The position numbers were made by a program, and so were the translations under genes. 64,000 bases of DNA from Octopus vulgaris (Eukaryota): contig OX597815.1 in NCBI GenBank assembly GCA_951406725.2, positions 77,314,001 to 77,378,000 of the forward strand, in the 5' to 3' direction. The notes beneath the pieces were generated by a model, which was not told where the DNA came from, made no database searches, and saw only the letters and a program-made list of their open reading frames with translations. Position 1 is the stretch's first letter. Each line of letters starts with the position of its first letter. Shown piece after piece: positions 26,195 through 38,756 of this stretch.

Positions 26195-27375
26195 GTGTTT
26201 CACTCCTTAGATATGGAGTAGGAGTAATCGCATGGACAGTAGACGAACTAAACAGCTTAGACAGAAAGACAAGGAAGTTGCTAACTAGATATGGGTCACT
26301 CCACCCAAAAAGTGACACACACAGACTGTATGTACCAAGAAAAAGAGGGGAAGAGGACTTATTGGATGCGGACACAGCATTAGAGCAGAAGAAAACAACA
26401 TAGCATGGTATGTAAAAAATGCCACAGAACCGCCACTATTAGAAGTAAAAAGGTCAGGCTCGTGTAGGATGGAAGATTGCAAAAATAAAGCACTGTACAA
26501 GAAATTGAAAACGAATGAAACTGAAAATAGGTGGGTAAAGAAAAGAATGCATGGTCAATTTCATAGGGATGTTGAAGATAAGACAGACAGAAAAAAAAGA
26601 TGGCTGTGGATGACTAAAAGTGATTTAAAACTGGAAATGGAGGCTCTAATCTGCACTGCCCAAGAGCAAGCGCTAAGAACAAACTACATAAAATACAGAA
26701 TAGACAACACAGCAGAAAGTGATAAGTGCAGAATCCGCAGACAAAACGGTGAAACCGTATGGCATATTACCAGCCAATGTATGCCACTAGCCCAGAAGGA
26801 ATATAAGAGACACCACAACAGTATAGCCAGGTTTGTCCATTGGTCACTTTGCAACAAGTATGAACTTGACAGAGCAAAAAATTGGTGCGACCACAAACCT
26901 GAAGGCATCGTTGAAAATGGAAATGCAAAGATCCTATGGGATTTTATGATTCAGTGCAACCATGAGATAGAGAATAGGAAGCTGGACATAGTCTTGAGAA
27001 AGAAAACAAGCTATTCTGGATCATAGATATAGCATGCCCAGCTGACAACAAGATATGCAATAAGGAAGAAAGAAAAGTTGAGAGATATGACAGGTTAGCT
27101 TGGGAAGTTAAGCAGTTGTGGTCGATGAAAAAGGTAGCAGTAGTACCAATAATTGTCGGAGCCCTGGGAACAGTGAGCATAAATCTCGAGAAGTACGTGG
27201 AACAAATAGGGGCTGCAATAAGGGTAGAGCACTTGCAGAAAACAGCACTGCTTGGAACCGCTCAAATACTCTGGAAGGTGCTCGAAAAATAAGAGGTGTT
27301 ACCTTAGTTCACTGGTAGTGAACAGCTGACACTGTAATACATCAGCGCTAGAAGCTGTGCAAAGGCAATAATAAT
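26195..27375 (+). mobile_element. R4/Dong-clade LINE, 5'-truncated (~1.2 kb)
   Basis: LDRKTRKLL, RLYVPRKRG, MHGQF, AQEQAL.T, CRI....ETVWHI, YKRHHN, ILWDF and VVPIIVGALG motifs; frameshifted; tail AATAATAATGAT. Confidence 0.9.
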
Positions 27376-28230
27376 GATGATGAGGAGGATGATGACAACG
27401 ACGATGATGATGATGATCCTTTCTACTATAACCACAAGGTCTGACATTTTGGAAGAGGGGATAAGTCGATCAAATCAACCCCAGTGCTTGACTAGTACTT
27501 ATTTTATCCACCCCGAAAGGCTGAAAGGTAAAGTCAGCCATGCCAAAATTTGAACTCAGAATGTAAGGACAGATAAAATGCTGCAAAGCATTTTGCTAAG
27601 CTTGCTAACGATTCTGCCTGGCACACGACAAGCAGTTTTTGAGGGGAGGGGTTAGTCAATTACAAGGACCCTGTTGCTCAACTGTTACCTACTTTATCGA
27701 CCTCGAAAGAATGAAAAGCAAAGTCGATCTCGACCAAAATTTTTTCCGGGAGTGTTAACGATTCTGCCAGCTCGCCATTAAAAAAATTTTTTTTTCTCAG
27801 TCTTTACAATTTTAGGGGATAGTATTTCAACTTCAGTATTTGAATAGTACTTTATTTTACTGAGCCAAGGTGAAAGGAAAAGTCAACTTCGATGAGATCT
27901 GAACTCCGGACATAAAGAACCGGAAGAGATGCCGCTAAACATTTTGTTTGATACGCTAACGATTCTGCCGACAAAATCGGAGAGCAAACAGTTCGAAATA
28001 ATCTAAACTAGCAGACAGCTATCCGCCGTAATGCTCGAGTGTCTTTAACAGGAAGAACAATTTGCAACATTCGCCTCCTACACACTTTTCGAAAATTCTC
28101 GACTAATGCATCAGTATACACATTTCAAGTCTGATACAATAAAGGTCAGGTATTGCATGTTAACAAATAGAAAGCATAAATATAGTTAAATCCAGCGAAA
28201 ATTACATAAGACAGGTTGTTCTGCTGGAAA

Positions 28231-28270
28231 CACGTGGACGGTACATGTCTAGCTTTACGGAAGTGACGTA
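28231..28270 (+). promoter_or_regulatory. TIMM44 core promoter motifs (E-box and overlapping ETS-CRE)
   Basis: CACGTG at 28231-28236 and CGGAAGTGACGT at 28258-28269, ~40 nt upstream of the ATG, in a locally CpG-retaining region. Confidence 0.6.
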
Positions 28271-28307
28271 AAAGCAACAGTGTTATCGTTAATAGAGCCG
28301 GGCTAAA

Positions 28308-28352
28308 ATGGCTTCTTCACTGGCAAAGTCGGCCAAGCTGAATAAACTTAGG
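28308..28352 (+). CDS. TIMM44: TIMM44 exon 1 (MASSLAKSAKLNKLR)
   Basis: AAAATGG start, presequence-like peptide, phase-0 donor AGG|GTATGT. Confidence 0.75.
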
Positions 28353-31300
28353 GTATGTTGTCTTTATTTTCGTTCTTTGATACAATCAATGTATTTCGTA
28401 TGACTTTAACTTGATATGTGTGTTCGTGTTTTATGAAAAAAACTAATTTTTTATGCTAGCATTCTACTGTCTGTCAGAGTACATCTTCGAATCGCATGTA
28501 CTACCGTCAATATTCAGCGCCGCCTTCTGTTTGTTTTCCGTACATGATAACCTTTATATTTCTGTATCGGACGACTTGCTTTTTGTTAAAGTTTTAGAGA
28601 TTTTCTTTATTAATCAGTCTCAATGTGCCAATTAACTTACAACTGTCTACCTCAATGTGGTCTGCTATTACATAAAGGAAAGCCTGGTTAACTTGGGATC
28701 GCGTGTGCTTCACCAACGTTTATAAGCTTTTGTGAAATTTTCTTTCATTTTTTAAATTAATTTTAGAAAATTGAAAGTTACTTGAAAATATTCTGCTACT
28801 GCCTTTTCCTTTTTGTTGATTTTTCTTGTTCTGCTCAAAGAAAAATAAGAAAATGGCACGTAGTTGGTCTCTGAAGGTCAAACTTTCTGTAAGCTTGTTA
28901 CCTTTGTTTTATTTATTTATTTATTTTTATTGCTAATATTGTCAGGATTCCGATACGATCTCATCTCTTAGAATTCTGATATTCTTTGTTCGAATCCTTT
29001 GTGTAATCACCATTTATTATTCCAAGTGTTGTGTAGCAATTATAAACTGTTTTCTCTATTAAGGAGAACATGATTGAACACATGGGTGGGGATTTCGAAA
29101 ACTTTCAGTTGAGCAGGGTTTCTTTATTGCCTCTGTAAGTCCTCCCTCACACGCGCACACAGATGAGGGCCCTACAATTTATGTTTAGAGGTTGAACGTC
29201 TGCTGATCGACGATACTTAATATGTAAACATGAACAAGAAGAGAGTTCTTGATTAGGGTGTAGTATTAGATCAAAAGAACGTTTTAACGTTACGGACCAC
29301 GCAAATATAACGCCTGTTTATTTGGTGTCGAACGACCTTATTTATTGTTAAATCTAGGTACAATAATTTTCTCTTCATTGTTTTTGCTTTGCCCCGTTTA
29401 AGCTGTGCTCCAGTTCTTTCAGTTAAAATCAAGTATAAAATAGCGCTATTATATACGAGTAAATACAGCATGTTGTTTACTGACTGGTATATCTTCTACT
29501 CCTTTCGTAATTTTATAGAATAATTTTAAATTTATTAATAATGTTTAATACAGACATCGAAATAGGTATCAAAATTTCACCCCATGCTTTTTTTTGTAGT
29601 AATTTCTCTTTACTTACTGTTTCATTTCTTTGTGTTTGGGTAACCGGCTCACATTAACTTCGTGGGCACTGTACTGTAACTATGATGAAATATTTGTTTA
29701 CAGCTCGATCTACTTAGATATAACATAGATACCACTGAGGAAAATTCAAGCCCTTTAACGATGTCCTAGTAGGCACTTGTTGGGAAACAAATGGAGATAA
29801 TCTTGAGAAAAATAACAAGAGATCTGAAAAGTCACAAATCAAGTTTTTCAGGTGGTTTGATAAATCTTTTTGAGTGATGAAGTGCACCAATAAGAGTGAA
29901 AGATATGGATGATCTCTGTGGAATAATCTCAGCATGGCTGCTACTCAGATATTCTTTTTCTCTTAAAAGAAATAGTAGTCATGGAATTTAACAATGACAA
30001 GTCAAAGTGTTTTTGAGATCTGGAATTGAGTCGGCACTGACACATTAGGAAATGTAACTGTCTTAATACTCCATTATTTTTATGAATCTAGGTAAAATTC
30101 TCATTATATTCAATTAAGCTTTCTCTAGTAAGGGGTAACTTTTGCATGGGGAAATTAGTCCTGAACATAGAGAGATGCTAACTGGAGGACATGCCTAAAA
30201 TGTAAGAAACATTGTAACATTGGTAATAACTGAGAGCTGGTAGTGAATTAAATGAAGTACACCAAAAAGAACATCTTTCCAACAAAATTTCGAAAAACAC
30301 TGTGATTTTAAAATTAAAAGTAATCATTTCCCTATTTAGTGAATGGTTGTTTTGCTTTGGCCATTTCCTCTAGGGTTGCAAGGACTGGTTTTGATTTGTG
30401 TGGTTCTTTTCATAAAATATTTTGCATTTAGACATGAGTCAAGTGCTTTTATCACTATGGTCATCATTGGGGGTTCCAGTTAGAAAAAAAGAAGGTTTAA
30501 AGGTTTAAAAACTGATATCAGTACCAAGAAACCTGGTTATTCATTAGCTGCTGCTAAGAGATGCTTGTTTCAAGACAATGACTGTTTTGGTCCAGCTACA
30601 TCCAAAGAGATGCATTCCATAATGTGAATAGTATTTACAAGGTATTGATCTGTAGGAGTGAAAATTAAACTTATTGTTTGGAGCATATTTGACTGTGAGA
30701 AGAAATTTTACAAACAAACTGAAGTCACTAATCACTAAATCAATGTTGTGGAAGGCACCGTTTTTATTATGGAGAGATTTAGTTTTCACAACTATTAGCC
30801 TGTTATGCTTTAGGTGTTTCTTCATTTGTTTAATGTACATTTTCCCATGGTAGCATGGGTTATATTGGTGGGATTTTGATGTAGTATTTTTATGGCCAGA
30901 GACTCTTTCTGTCACCAACCGATATCTGTTTTTCAATTAAGGGAATTTTTATTCCACTTGAATCTGAAAGCACAGAGCGAGTGGACAATTTGTTGACAGG
31001 AAATATTCACAAACATCACTAGCCAGCTATAAATGGCAATGCCACTGTTTATAATGTAGATTGTAAATATTTGCAAAGATACACATGCACATACATGCAG
31101 ACATACACACATACATATGTGTGTATCTGTGTGAATATTTACGATGTGTATTACAAACAGTGGCATCACCATTTGTACCTAGGCTAGTGATGTTTGTTAA
31201 CGTTTCCTCTCAACAAATTGTCCCAATTTCCACTAGAATAAAAATGGCAATTTAAACTATTTCTTCTCAGATTGAAACAACTGAGCAATCTTAATCAATT

Positions 31301-31597
31301 TTTGAACTTTATTGGGTTCTTATCAGTTCCTGTGAAAATAAATAGTCAATCCGTTTATATGCTCAACAATTCCAGTAGCTACAGAAAACTAGGGCCACCA
31401 ATTAGTATACGATAAGTATTTAACTCTTTATTTAATATCAGTGAGTCTCAGGCCACTCGCTATCAAGATATATGTAAGCCTACTTCATAGCAATGCAAAA
31501 ATGATAACTTTAACTATTTCTCTGTAGATTGAAACTATGATGAACAGCCTCAGTCAATTTTCAAACCTTATTGGGTTTTCACCAGAGGTACATGTAT

Positions 31598-32026
31598 ATC
31601 ATCATCATCATCATATGTCCATTTTTCATGCTGGCATGGGTTGGATGGTTTGACAGAAGCTGACCAGCTGAAGGGCTGTTCAGGCTCCATGTCTGTTTTG
31701 GCATGGTTTCTGTGGCTGGATGCCCTTCTCAATGCCAACCACTTTACAGAGTGTATTGGGTGCTTTTATGCAGCACTGGTACGAGTGCTTTTTAAGTGGC
31801 ACCAGCACTTATGAGCCCACAAGATTAGGGATGCTCAGCTGGAAAGGGTTGCAGGTGACGAGTCTGTATGCAAGGACAGCTATGCTTTTACTTAGCTTGA
31901 CATGTCTTTTCAAGCACAACAAACTGCCAGGAATCTTGGTCCCTGTCATCCCTTTTGTGAGTCCCAACATTTGTAGATCCTCTCTCACTACTTTGACCCA
32001 CGTTGTCCTGGGTCTACCCCCTCCAC
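31598..32026 (-). mobile_element. RTE 3'-end fragment in TIMM44 intron 1
   Basis: (CAT)n tail, CATGCTGGCATGGGTTGGA and GRPRTTW remnant. Confidence 0.75.
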
Positions 32027-32712
32027 AATATATGTATATGTACCGTATATGATGAGCTTTTTTTTTAGTTTCCTTCTACCAAATTTTCTCATGCGACCAT
32101 AAGTACTGCTCTGTAGGACTGAACCTGAAACCATGTGTTTGAGAAGCAGGCTTCTTATCCATGCAGACATACTGAGCTTTGTATTAAAAGAAATGAGCAT
32201 CATGAGAAATGTTGGTTATAAAATATGGTGAAAAATTAAAGATATATTTCCAGGTCTTAGACTCTCATGGAATTAATACTATATTTATATATTCTTTATA
32301 ATGACACTTAAAAATTACAAGTAATTTTGCATAAATATGATTAGTTATGGATTATTTTGTTGTGTCTTGAAAGGGTCATTATTCAAAATTAATAACTCAC
32401 ATACTGGTTCAGTTTCACTCCTTTATTATTAGTCAATTGCTTAGATATCTGTCCAACTAACTAATTGATTATTTGTTTAACTTATTGATTAAACAGTCGA
32501 TGATTTTTGTTTTTGGTCTAATGACTCCCCCAAGATACAACAAAATTTGTTTCAACACACGAATTCACATAAAGAATCTTGCAAACCAGATACAAAATGA
32601 AGTATGAATTGTTTATTTGTTATGTTATTGTTTTTTTTGTTTTTTTTTTTAGAGATGGCATATTCTTTATTTTGATTGATATATTTATACCTTCCTAATT
32701 CTTAAATTCCAG

Positions 32713-32850
32713 AAATTATACTTGCATACATCACGGCAGCTGGCTTGCAGACATGTGTGCATTACAACTCAACTCAATCAGTCTGATGACCGGCCAACTG
32801 AACATGTTTCTACATCCCTCTCTCCTGAATTTTCTTCTTCTACATCACAG
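32713..32850 (+). CDS. TIMM44: TIMM44 exon 2 (low-conservation N-terminal segment, 46 codons)
   Basis: TTCCAG acceptor, open frame KLYLHTSRQLACRH..STSQ, CAG|GTATGT donor, phase 0-0; no recognisable homology. Confidence 0.65.
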
Positions 32851-34743
32851 GTATGTTTTACTTTCTTGGTATTCCTCTCTTCTTGCCCTTATTCTTACTC
32901 TTTTATTCTCTCTTCCTAGGTATCTTCCTTTTCATCATTTCGTCTGCTCATTCTTCTTGTTAATCTGTATATATGCTTATTATTAAAGTATACTTCTGTA
33001 ATTAGATCTTCATTCAGTCATCTGATGAAATGTACTGCCTGTCACTCACAAGAATGTGCACATGCTTTGCAAAAAAGCTAAATTTGCACACAAGGCAAAC
33101 TTCTGTGCACATGCACAGATGGATCATTGCTAACATATAAAATCAACTGCAGCCTTTCTCTAAAACTCTTGCTCATGCCTGCAAATACATATACAGATAC
33201 ATCAAAACCTCTCACTGGAGGTCTTGGACTCTAGACAGTTCTTGCTTTAGAAGCAAAGCATAGCTCCACATATTTTAGTGCGACATTTGGTAACAAATGT
33301 TATTTCAGCCTACCAACTAACCATAGATACCCTTCTTTCCATTATTGAGGGGTTAGCAATGATAAGGGCATTAAAGATTGTAGAAGAGTTAATTTGCCAT
33401 GAGGAAAGAAAAATCTAATGTTTCTGATGTGTGTTCTTTGGAAATTGAGAACATAGAGGTGTCAACACCATTACCATATAATTGTGTGGTGTTAAGGGTA
33501 TTCTGTTTTGAAAGAAGCTATCATTCTTGTAACAAATAAATATTGAAGTATGTGACAGCCATTTCATCTTTGAATGTATGGTAAAATGAATGTCAATATA
33601 TGTACATATTAAGGTGGTAAACTGGCAGAACCATTAGTACACTAGGCAAAATGCTTAGCAGCATTTCATTTGTCTTTATGTTCTGAGTTCAAACTCCACC
33701 AGGGTCAACTTTGCCTTTCATCCTTTCAGGGTTGATAAAATAAGTACCAGTTGAACACTAAGGTTATGTAATTAACTTAGTCCTTCCCCTTGAAATTGCT
33801 GGCCTTGTGCCAAAATATGAAACCAGTATATGTACATATCTGAAATGATGTAATTTCTTTTTTTTGATTGCATTTTAATATAGCATAAATGGATTTTTAT
33901 CATTTTCAATAGCAGGAAATTTTTCCTATTTACCTTCATTCCTGATCATAAGTAAGAGTGAAATGCATATCTGAAATGATGTAATCTTTTAAAAAATTTC
34001 ATTTTACATTAATTTTCCCATGCTACTAGATGAATGGTATTATTTTTGTTGTAATAGTTCGAAGTCTTTCCTACTTACCATTATTCACTGACTGTGAGTA
34101 GGGCTGAAGTGCATTTTGTCAGCCTTGCAAACAGCATTTTGTGCCTCATCCATGCACAACAACAAAATCTACAATAATAATGTTCTAGTAAAGTTTCAAC
34201 TATGACAATGTAGTTTTTTGAGCAAAATATAAGAACAGAACCATAAAATACTGTTTTGGCATCTTCCTTCTCAAAAATTCCAGATTCATTCTCATCACAA
34301 CACATTCTAACACTCCACCTATAAGTATGAAATATAGTTCATCTTTCCACTTAACCTATACAGCTTTCTGATAAACATGTTAGACAACAATGTAAGTTAA
34401 CTACCCCAATTATAATTATTAACATTGGTAAAGCTTTGTAAATATTCTTCCTAGTTACCTACTCATCTTTAAAACAGAAAACACATTCTTAGACAAGAAG
34501 AGAGCTGCTACATAGTTTCTTAGCCTAGTAGAAATAATAGTCAATTTTCCCTTAAGTCATAATCTCTCATCTTTAAAAATGATATCGAAGATTACATTGT
34601 ATAATGTTATGTTAGATATATTATGCCTGAGAAATATAGTTAGGTAAGGCAATACCGGTATATTTTTAACCATAGGTCTACTCAATCAGGACCAACCTTG
34701 GGCTAAACGATAACAATAGGAAATAGATCAAGCATTTCTCTAA

Positions 34744-35177
34744 CCCTTTTGTTACTATATTTCTGTTGAAATACAATACTTTTGTTTCAATTAATTTTGA
34801 AAATAATGAAGAATTTAATAAAATAAGTTATTATTAACCTGATGTTTGGATTTAAATATGAAAGTTCTTTAGAAAGTTTTAATTTAGATAACTTTAACCC
34901 TTTAGCATTCAAACCGGCCATATCCGGCCAAAATATTTAACCTGTTTTATATTGAAACTGACCAGACCTCGCCTCTCACCTCAGCCCTACCATGACATTC
35001 TAAAACTAAAAAAATCACATCACTGCAATCTCTAAACTACAAGATAATACATGATTAATTCAAAACAATATAAATAAACAAACATCACATTTGACAAAGT
35101 AATCTGAACACTAAAGGGTTAAAGCAGCGTTTATTTCATATTCATGAACGGTCTCAGATAGGTTAGTGTCAAAAGGG
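34744..35177. mobile_element. piggyBac-type MITE (CCCTTT..AAAGGG) containing a second TTAA-flanked MITE at 34898-35118
   Basis: Inner element TTAA|CCCTTTAG..CTAAAGGG|TTAA; the inner family recurs at 40236-40455 and the outer family at ~50560-50785, 58981-59204 and 63250-63445. Confidence 0.8.
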
Positions 35178-35274
35178 CTATAACTCTACATATATTCAAT
35201 TTTGTTGTTCTGTTGTATTTATGATCTGTTTTACATGCTTCCTTGCATTTCCCCCCACTGTTTTATCATTTCAG

Positions 35275-35499
35275 ATCTCCCACTATCATATATCTCATAC
35301 GCACAGATATCACAGTCTAGAAAGCAAAATGCTGTCTCCTTTCTTGTCTAATGCCTACAGAAGTAAAACTTATCTTTTGAATAATGTTAGTTCCTTTCCT
35401 GTGCATTCTCAACTTCGGTTCATGTCTCAAAGAAAGAACTTTTTCACAGACTTTATTAATAACATCAAACAAGAAATGACTCAGAACAAAGAGATGAAG
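35275..35499 (+). CDS. TIMM44: TIMM44 exon 3
   Basis: TTTCAG acceptor; ends RKNFFTDFINNIKQEMTQNKEMK (conserved Tim44 segment); AAG|GTTGGT donor. Confidence 0.88.
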
Positions 35500-35574
35500 G
35501 TTGGTTACCTAGACGTTTTGTTTTTAATTAAAAATAAAGTTATTGATATTCCAAGTTATAATGATATTTTATGA

Positions 35575-35830
35575 TCTCTTATATAAAATTCGTTCTGTGT
35601 GTGTGTGTGTGGCTTCTAGGATCACGGGCATCCTCCATTCGATTGCGCTCAAATTTGATATATAGATACCGACAGTATCAGGGCGTGTATAAGTCTTGAA
35701 AAAATTGCAAAAATCGATTCCAAGTAAGAATGCGATCGATAAAGCCGTGGGAAATTGTTTTTCTTTGGAAAAGAAAAAAAGTCTATCTTTATTTCTTTTG
35801 CTGGTGTCTCAAATTTAGGTTAAATCAGTG
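35575..35830 (+). mobile_element. Helitron-like 5' fragment
   Basis: A|TCTCTTATATAAAA..(GT)n..CTCAAATTTG, similar in architecture to the 5' end at 15557; 3' end not identified. Confidence 0.5.
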
Positions 35831-38133
35831 TTTCTCAAAGGGAAGGCTTATGGGATGGTCGGACAAGTTGTTCTGAGAAAATTTGGACGGGGTTGCGTTC
35901 TGCTCGTTCAATCTATTAAAAAAGATGCCCATTTGTTAAATTATATTAGATGCAAATGATTGCTTTTATTACAAACTTATTAAAAGTACTGTTGTATATT
36001 GAAGAAATATGACCAAATATAAACTATGCATGTCCCACCTCAATTTTAAAAATCTTTTAAGGAGATAGACACACTAGTTTTGTTCTGTATTTAACCATAT
36101 CTTTTTTTGTGGTGGATTAAAGCAGCAAGCTGGCAGAATTGTTTGAGTATTAGAAAAAATTCTTGGCAATATTTCTTTGAACTCATTATGTTCTAGGTTC
36201 TGCTGAGGTTGACCTTGCCTTTCATCTTCTCAGGGGTTAATAAAGTAAGCACCAGTTAAACACTAGGGTTGACTTACTCCCTCCCCTTAAAATTGCTGGC
36301 CTTGTGTCAAAATTTGAAGTCATTATTATAGTGGATTGTGTGCATTGTTAAAGCATCCAGCAAAATGGCTTGCTATATTTCTTCTAACTCTTTTATGACC
36401 TGGGATTGACTTTGCCTTTCATCCCTCTGGAATCAATGAAATAAAGTACCAGAAAGGTACTGGGGTGGATGTAATTGAGTAAACCCTTCCCAGAAAATTT
36501 TAGGTCTTTACTTCCATTATTATATCAGGGAAATAATGGTGTGGCAGAAATATTAGAATTAGGAGAAATATCTTGCAGTATTGCTCTGAGTTCAAGTACT
36601 GCCAAGGTGGTTTTCACCTTCATAGGTTTGTGAAATAAGTAACAGTACTAGGGTTAGTCCAGTTAACTCTAACAGTCTGCCTCAAACTTACAGGCTCATG
36701 ACGCTGGAGCTTATCTGTTCTTTCAAGGTGTTTAAGCACTTTAGAGTACAAAACTACTCCCTCAGCAGGACAGTGGCCCCACCCTGGATTAATATCCAGC
36801 AACACTCCTTTTCAGCTGAGTGGATTGGAACAATGTGAAGTGAAAGGCCTTGCCTAAGAACACAAGATGCAACTTGGTCCATGAATTGAACTCGCAATCT
36901 AATGACTGTAAGCCGAATATTCTAATGACTAGGGTATGTTCCTTTACAATCAACTGTAGCCCTCCCCTAAAATGTGCTAAATGAAATCTTGGTTTAGTCT
37001 GAAGAACAGGAACAGTGACCATATCAGTTGTCCACTCTTTCAAACTGATATTGTGTGTGTTCAGTTTGAACTTCTCCTTGTTGAGATATCTGTAGAGGAA
37101 ATGTAAGCAGAGAGGGAATTCCAGAGTGCTACATTTTGACTAAACATTTCTGTGAAATATTTAGTTTGAGAACTGTGGAGAAAAAAATAAGCAATGAGGT
37201 TGAATGTATCTGTTGGATATAAATGAGATTAAAACATGGAAAACTAATTGAAAGTATCAAAAAATTTTATAGCTGTGGTAGAAAAAAAGATATAGTGATT
37301 CAAAATGTTGGTGAGTTAGGGGTTGTAATCTTGTGGTGAGTAACAATTTACCTATCTGCTCTGCTGGATGTAGAGTCAAGAATGTTTGTATTTAGCATTA
37401 GCACTTTCTCATATATGTGACTAATGCATTAGTGAAGGGCACTTGTGTATCAAATCAAGAACTTTTCAAGGCTGAAATAATTTCTGGTTCTTAAGTAGAA
37501 GCTTAGCTGTTGTAATGCAGTGTAATTTCCATAGAATGTTGGCGTCTTACATATTGACTGAGAAGATTGTATCACTAGAGACAAAGACTTTTTCAAATTT
37601 ATTCAATGATGTATCCTCTTAGTCCTAAATATTAGGAATGTCTTGACAATGTTTTATTGCATCAACAATGTCAGATTTCAGATTTCAATAATTATAAACA
37701 ATATTTGATATTTTGTTTCCAATGAAGTATAAAACAGAAAACTGACTAATTCCTCACTACTCTATGTTCAAATTAAATGGAATGAACTTTGCATTTTTTA
37801 AATTCATTCTTCTGATCTTTAATGCCAGTAATATACTGTGGAAGTAAATTAACCATTTCTGCAGAAAATCTGCTCTTATATCTAAGCAGAAGAAAGTGTT
37901 GTATTTATCATTAGAATTACTCAGTGAAGCAAATTGTCTTACAGTATCATTCCAGAAAGTCAACCTTCCATTGTGCCAAGGTTGATGACATCAGCACTTG
38001 TCAGGTACTGAGAGGCAATAACATCTCCATCTTGAAAAAAATTGTGCCCATTTGAGAAATCTTTATTATAGTTTGTATTATTGTGTTTTCTTTTTACAGA
38101 TTCTTAAATATTTTAATTTAAAATTTTGATTAG

Positions 38134-38211
38134 GAAAGCTTGAAAAAATTCCGAGAAGAGAGAAATAAATTAGAACAGTCAGATGCTATTCAAAAAGCCA
38201 GACAGAAGTTT
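38134..38211 (+). CDS. TIMM44: TIMM44 exon 4
   Basis: ESLKKFREERNKLEQSDAIQKARQKF; TAG acceptor, GTAAGT donor, phase 0-0. Confidence 0.93.
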
Positions 38212-38527
38212 GTAAGTATATTTCTTTCTTTAATCAGTTCTCAGTTTTATACTGCATTATTGTAAACACTAGATTCTTGTTTTTGTAACCTTAGGATTTA
38301 TCATCATCATCATCATCTATTGTTCCATGCTCTCATTACAATAAGAAGAGGAAAGAATGATCAGTAGGAACTGCAAGGAGATGGATTGTGTAGATGAGGT
38401 GTCCAGGTGGCTCCTCAAGGTTCAAGGTGAATAGAAGTGAGTAGATGGATGGATACCTTAGAGTTGGAGAATTATTAAAGCAGTATTTGTCTACATTTGC
38501 TGCAGTTAAATTTCTAAAGATACCTAT

Positions 38528-38756
38528 TTCTTTATTACCCACAAGGGGCTAAACACAGAGGGGACAAACAAGGACAGACATAGGTATTAAGTCGATTACA
38601 TCTACCCCAGTGCGTAACTGGTACTTAATTTATTGACCCCGAAAGGATGAAAGGCAAAGTCGACCTCGGCGGAATTTGAACTCACAACGTAACGCAGACA
38701 AAATACCGCTAAGCATTTCACCCGGCGTGCTAATGTTTCTGCCAGCTTGCCGCCTT
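38528..38756 (-). mobile_element. Young SINE with ~20-bp target-site duplication
   Basis: AAATTTCTAAAGATACCTAT at 38508-38527 and 38757-38776; CpGs retained. Confidence 0.88.

Noticed and set aside
29150-29210. AGATGAGGGCC..GTTGAACGTC hammerhead-like motif
   Set aside because: Both core boxes deviate from CTGATGA and GAAA, and stem I is not convincing
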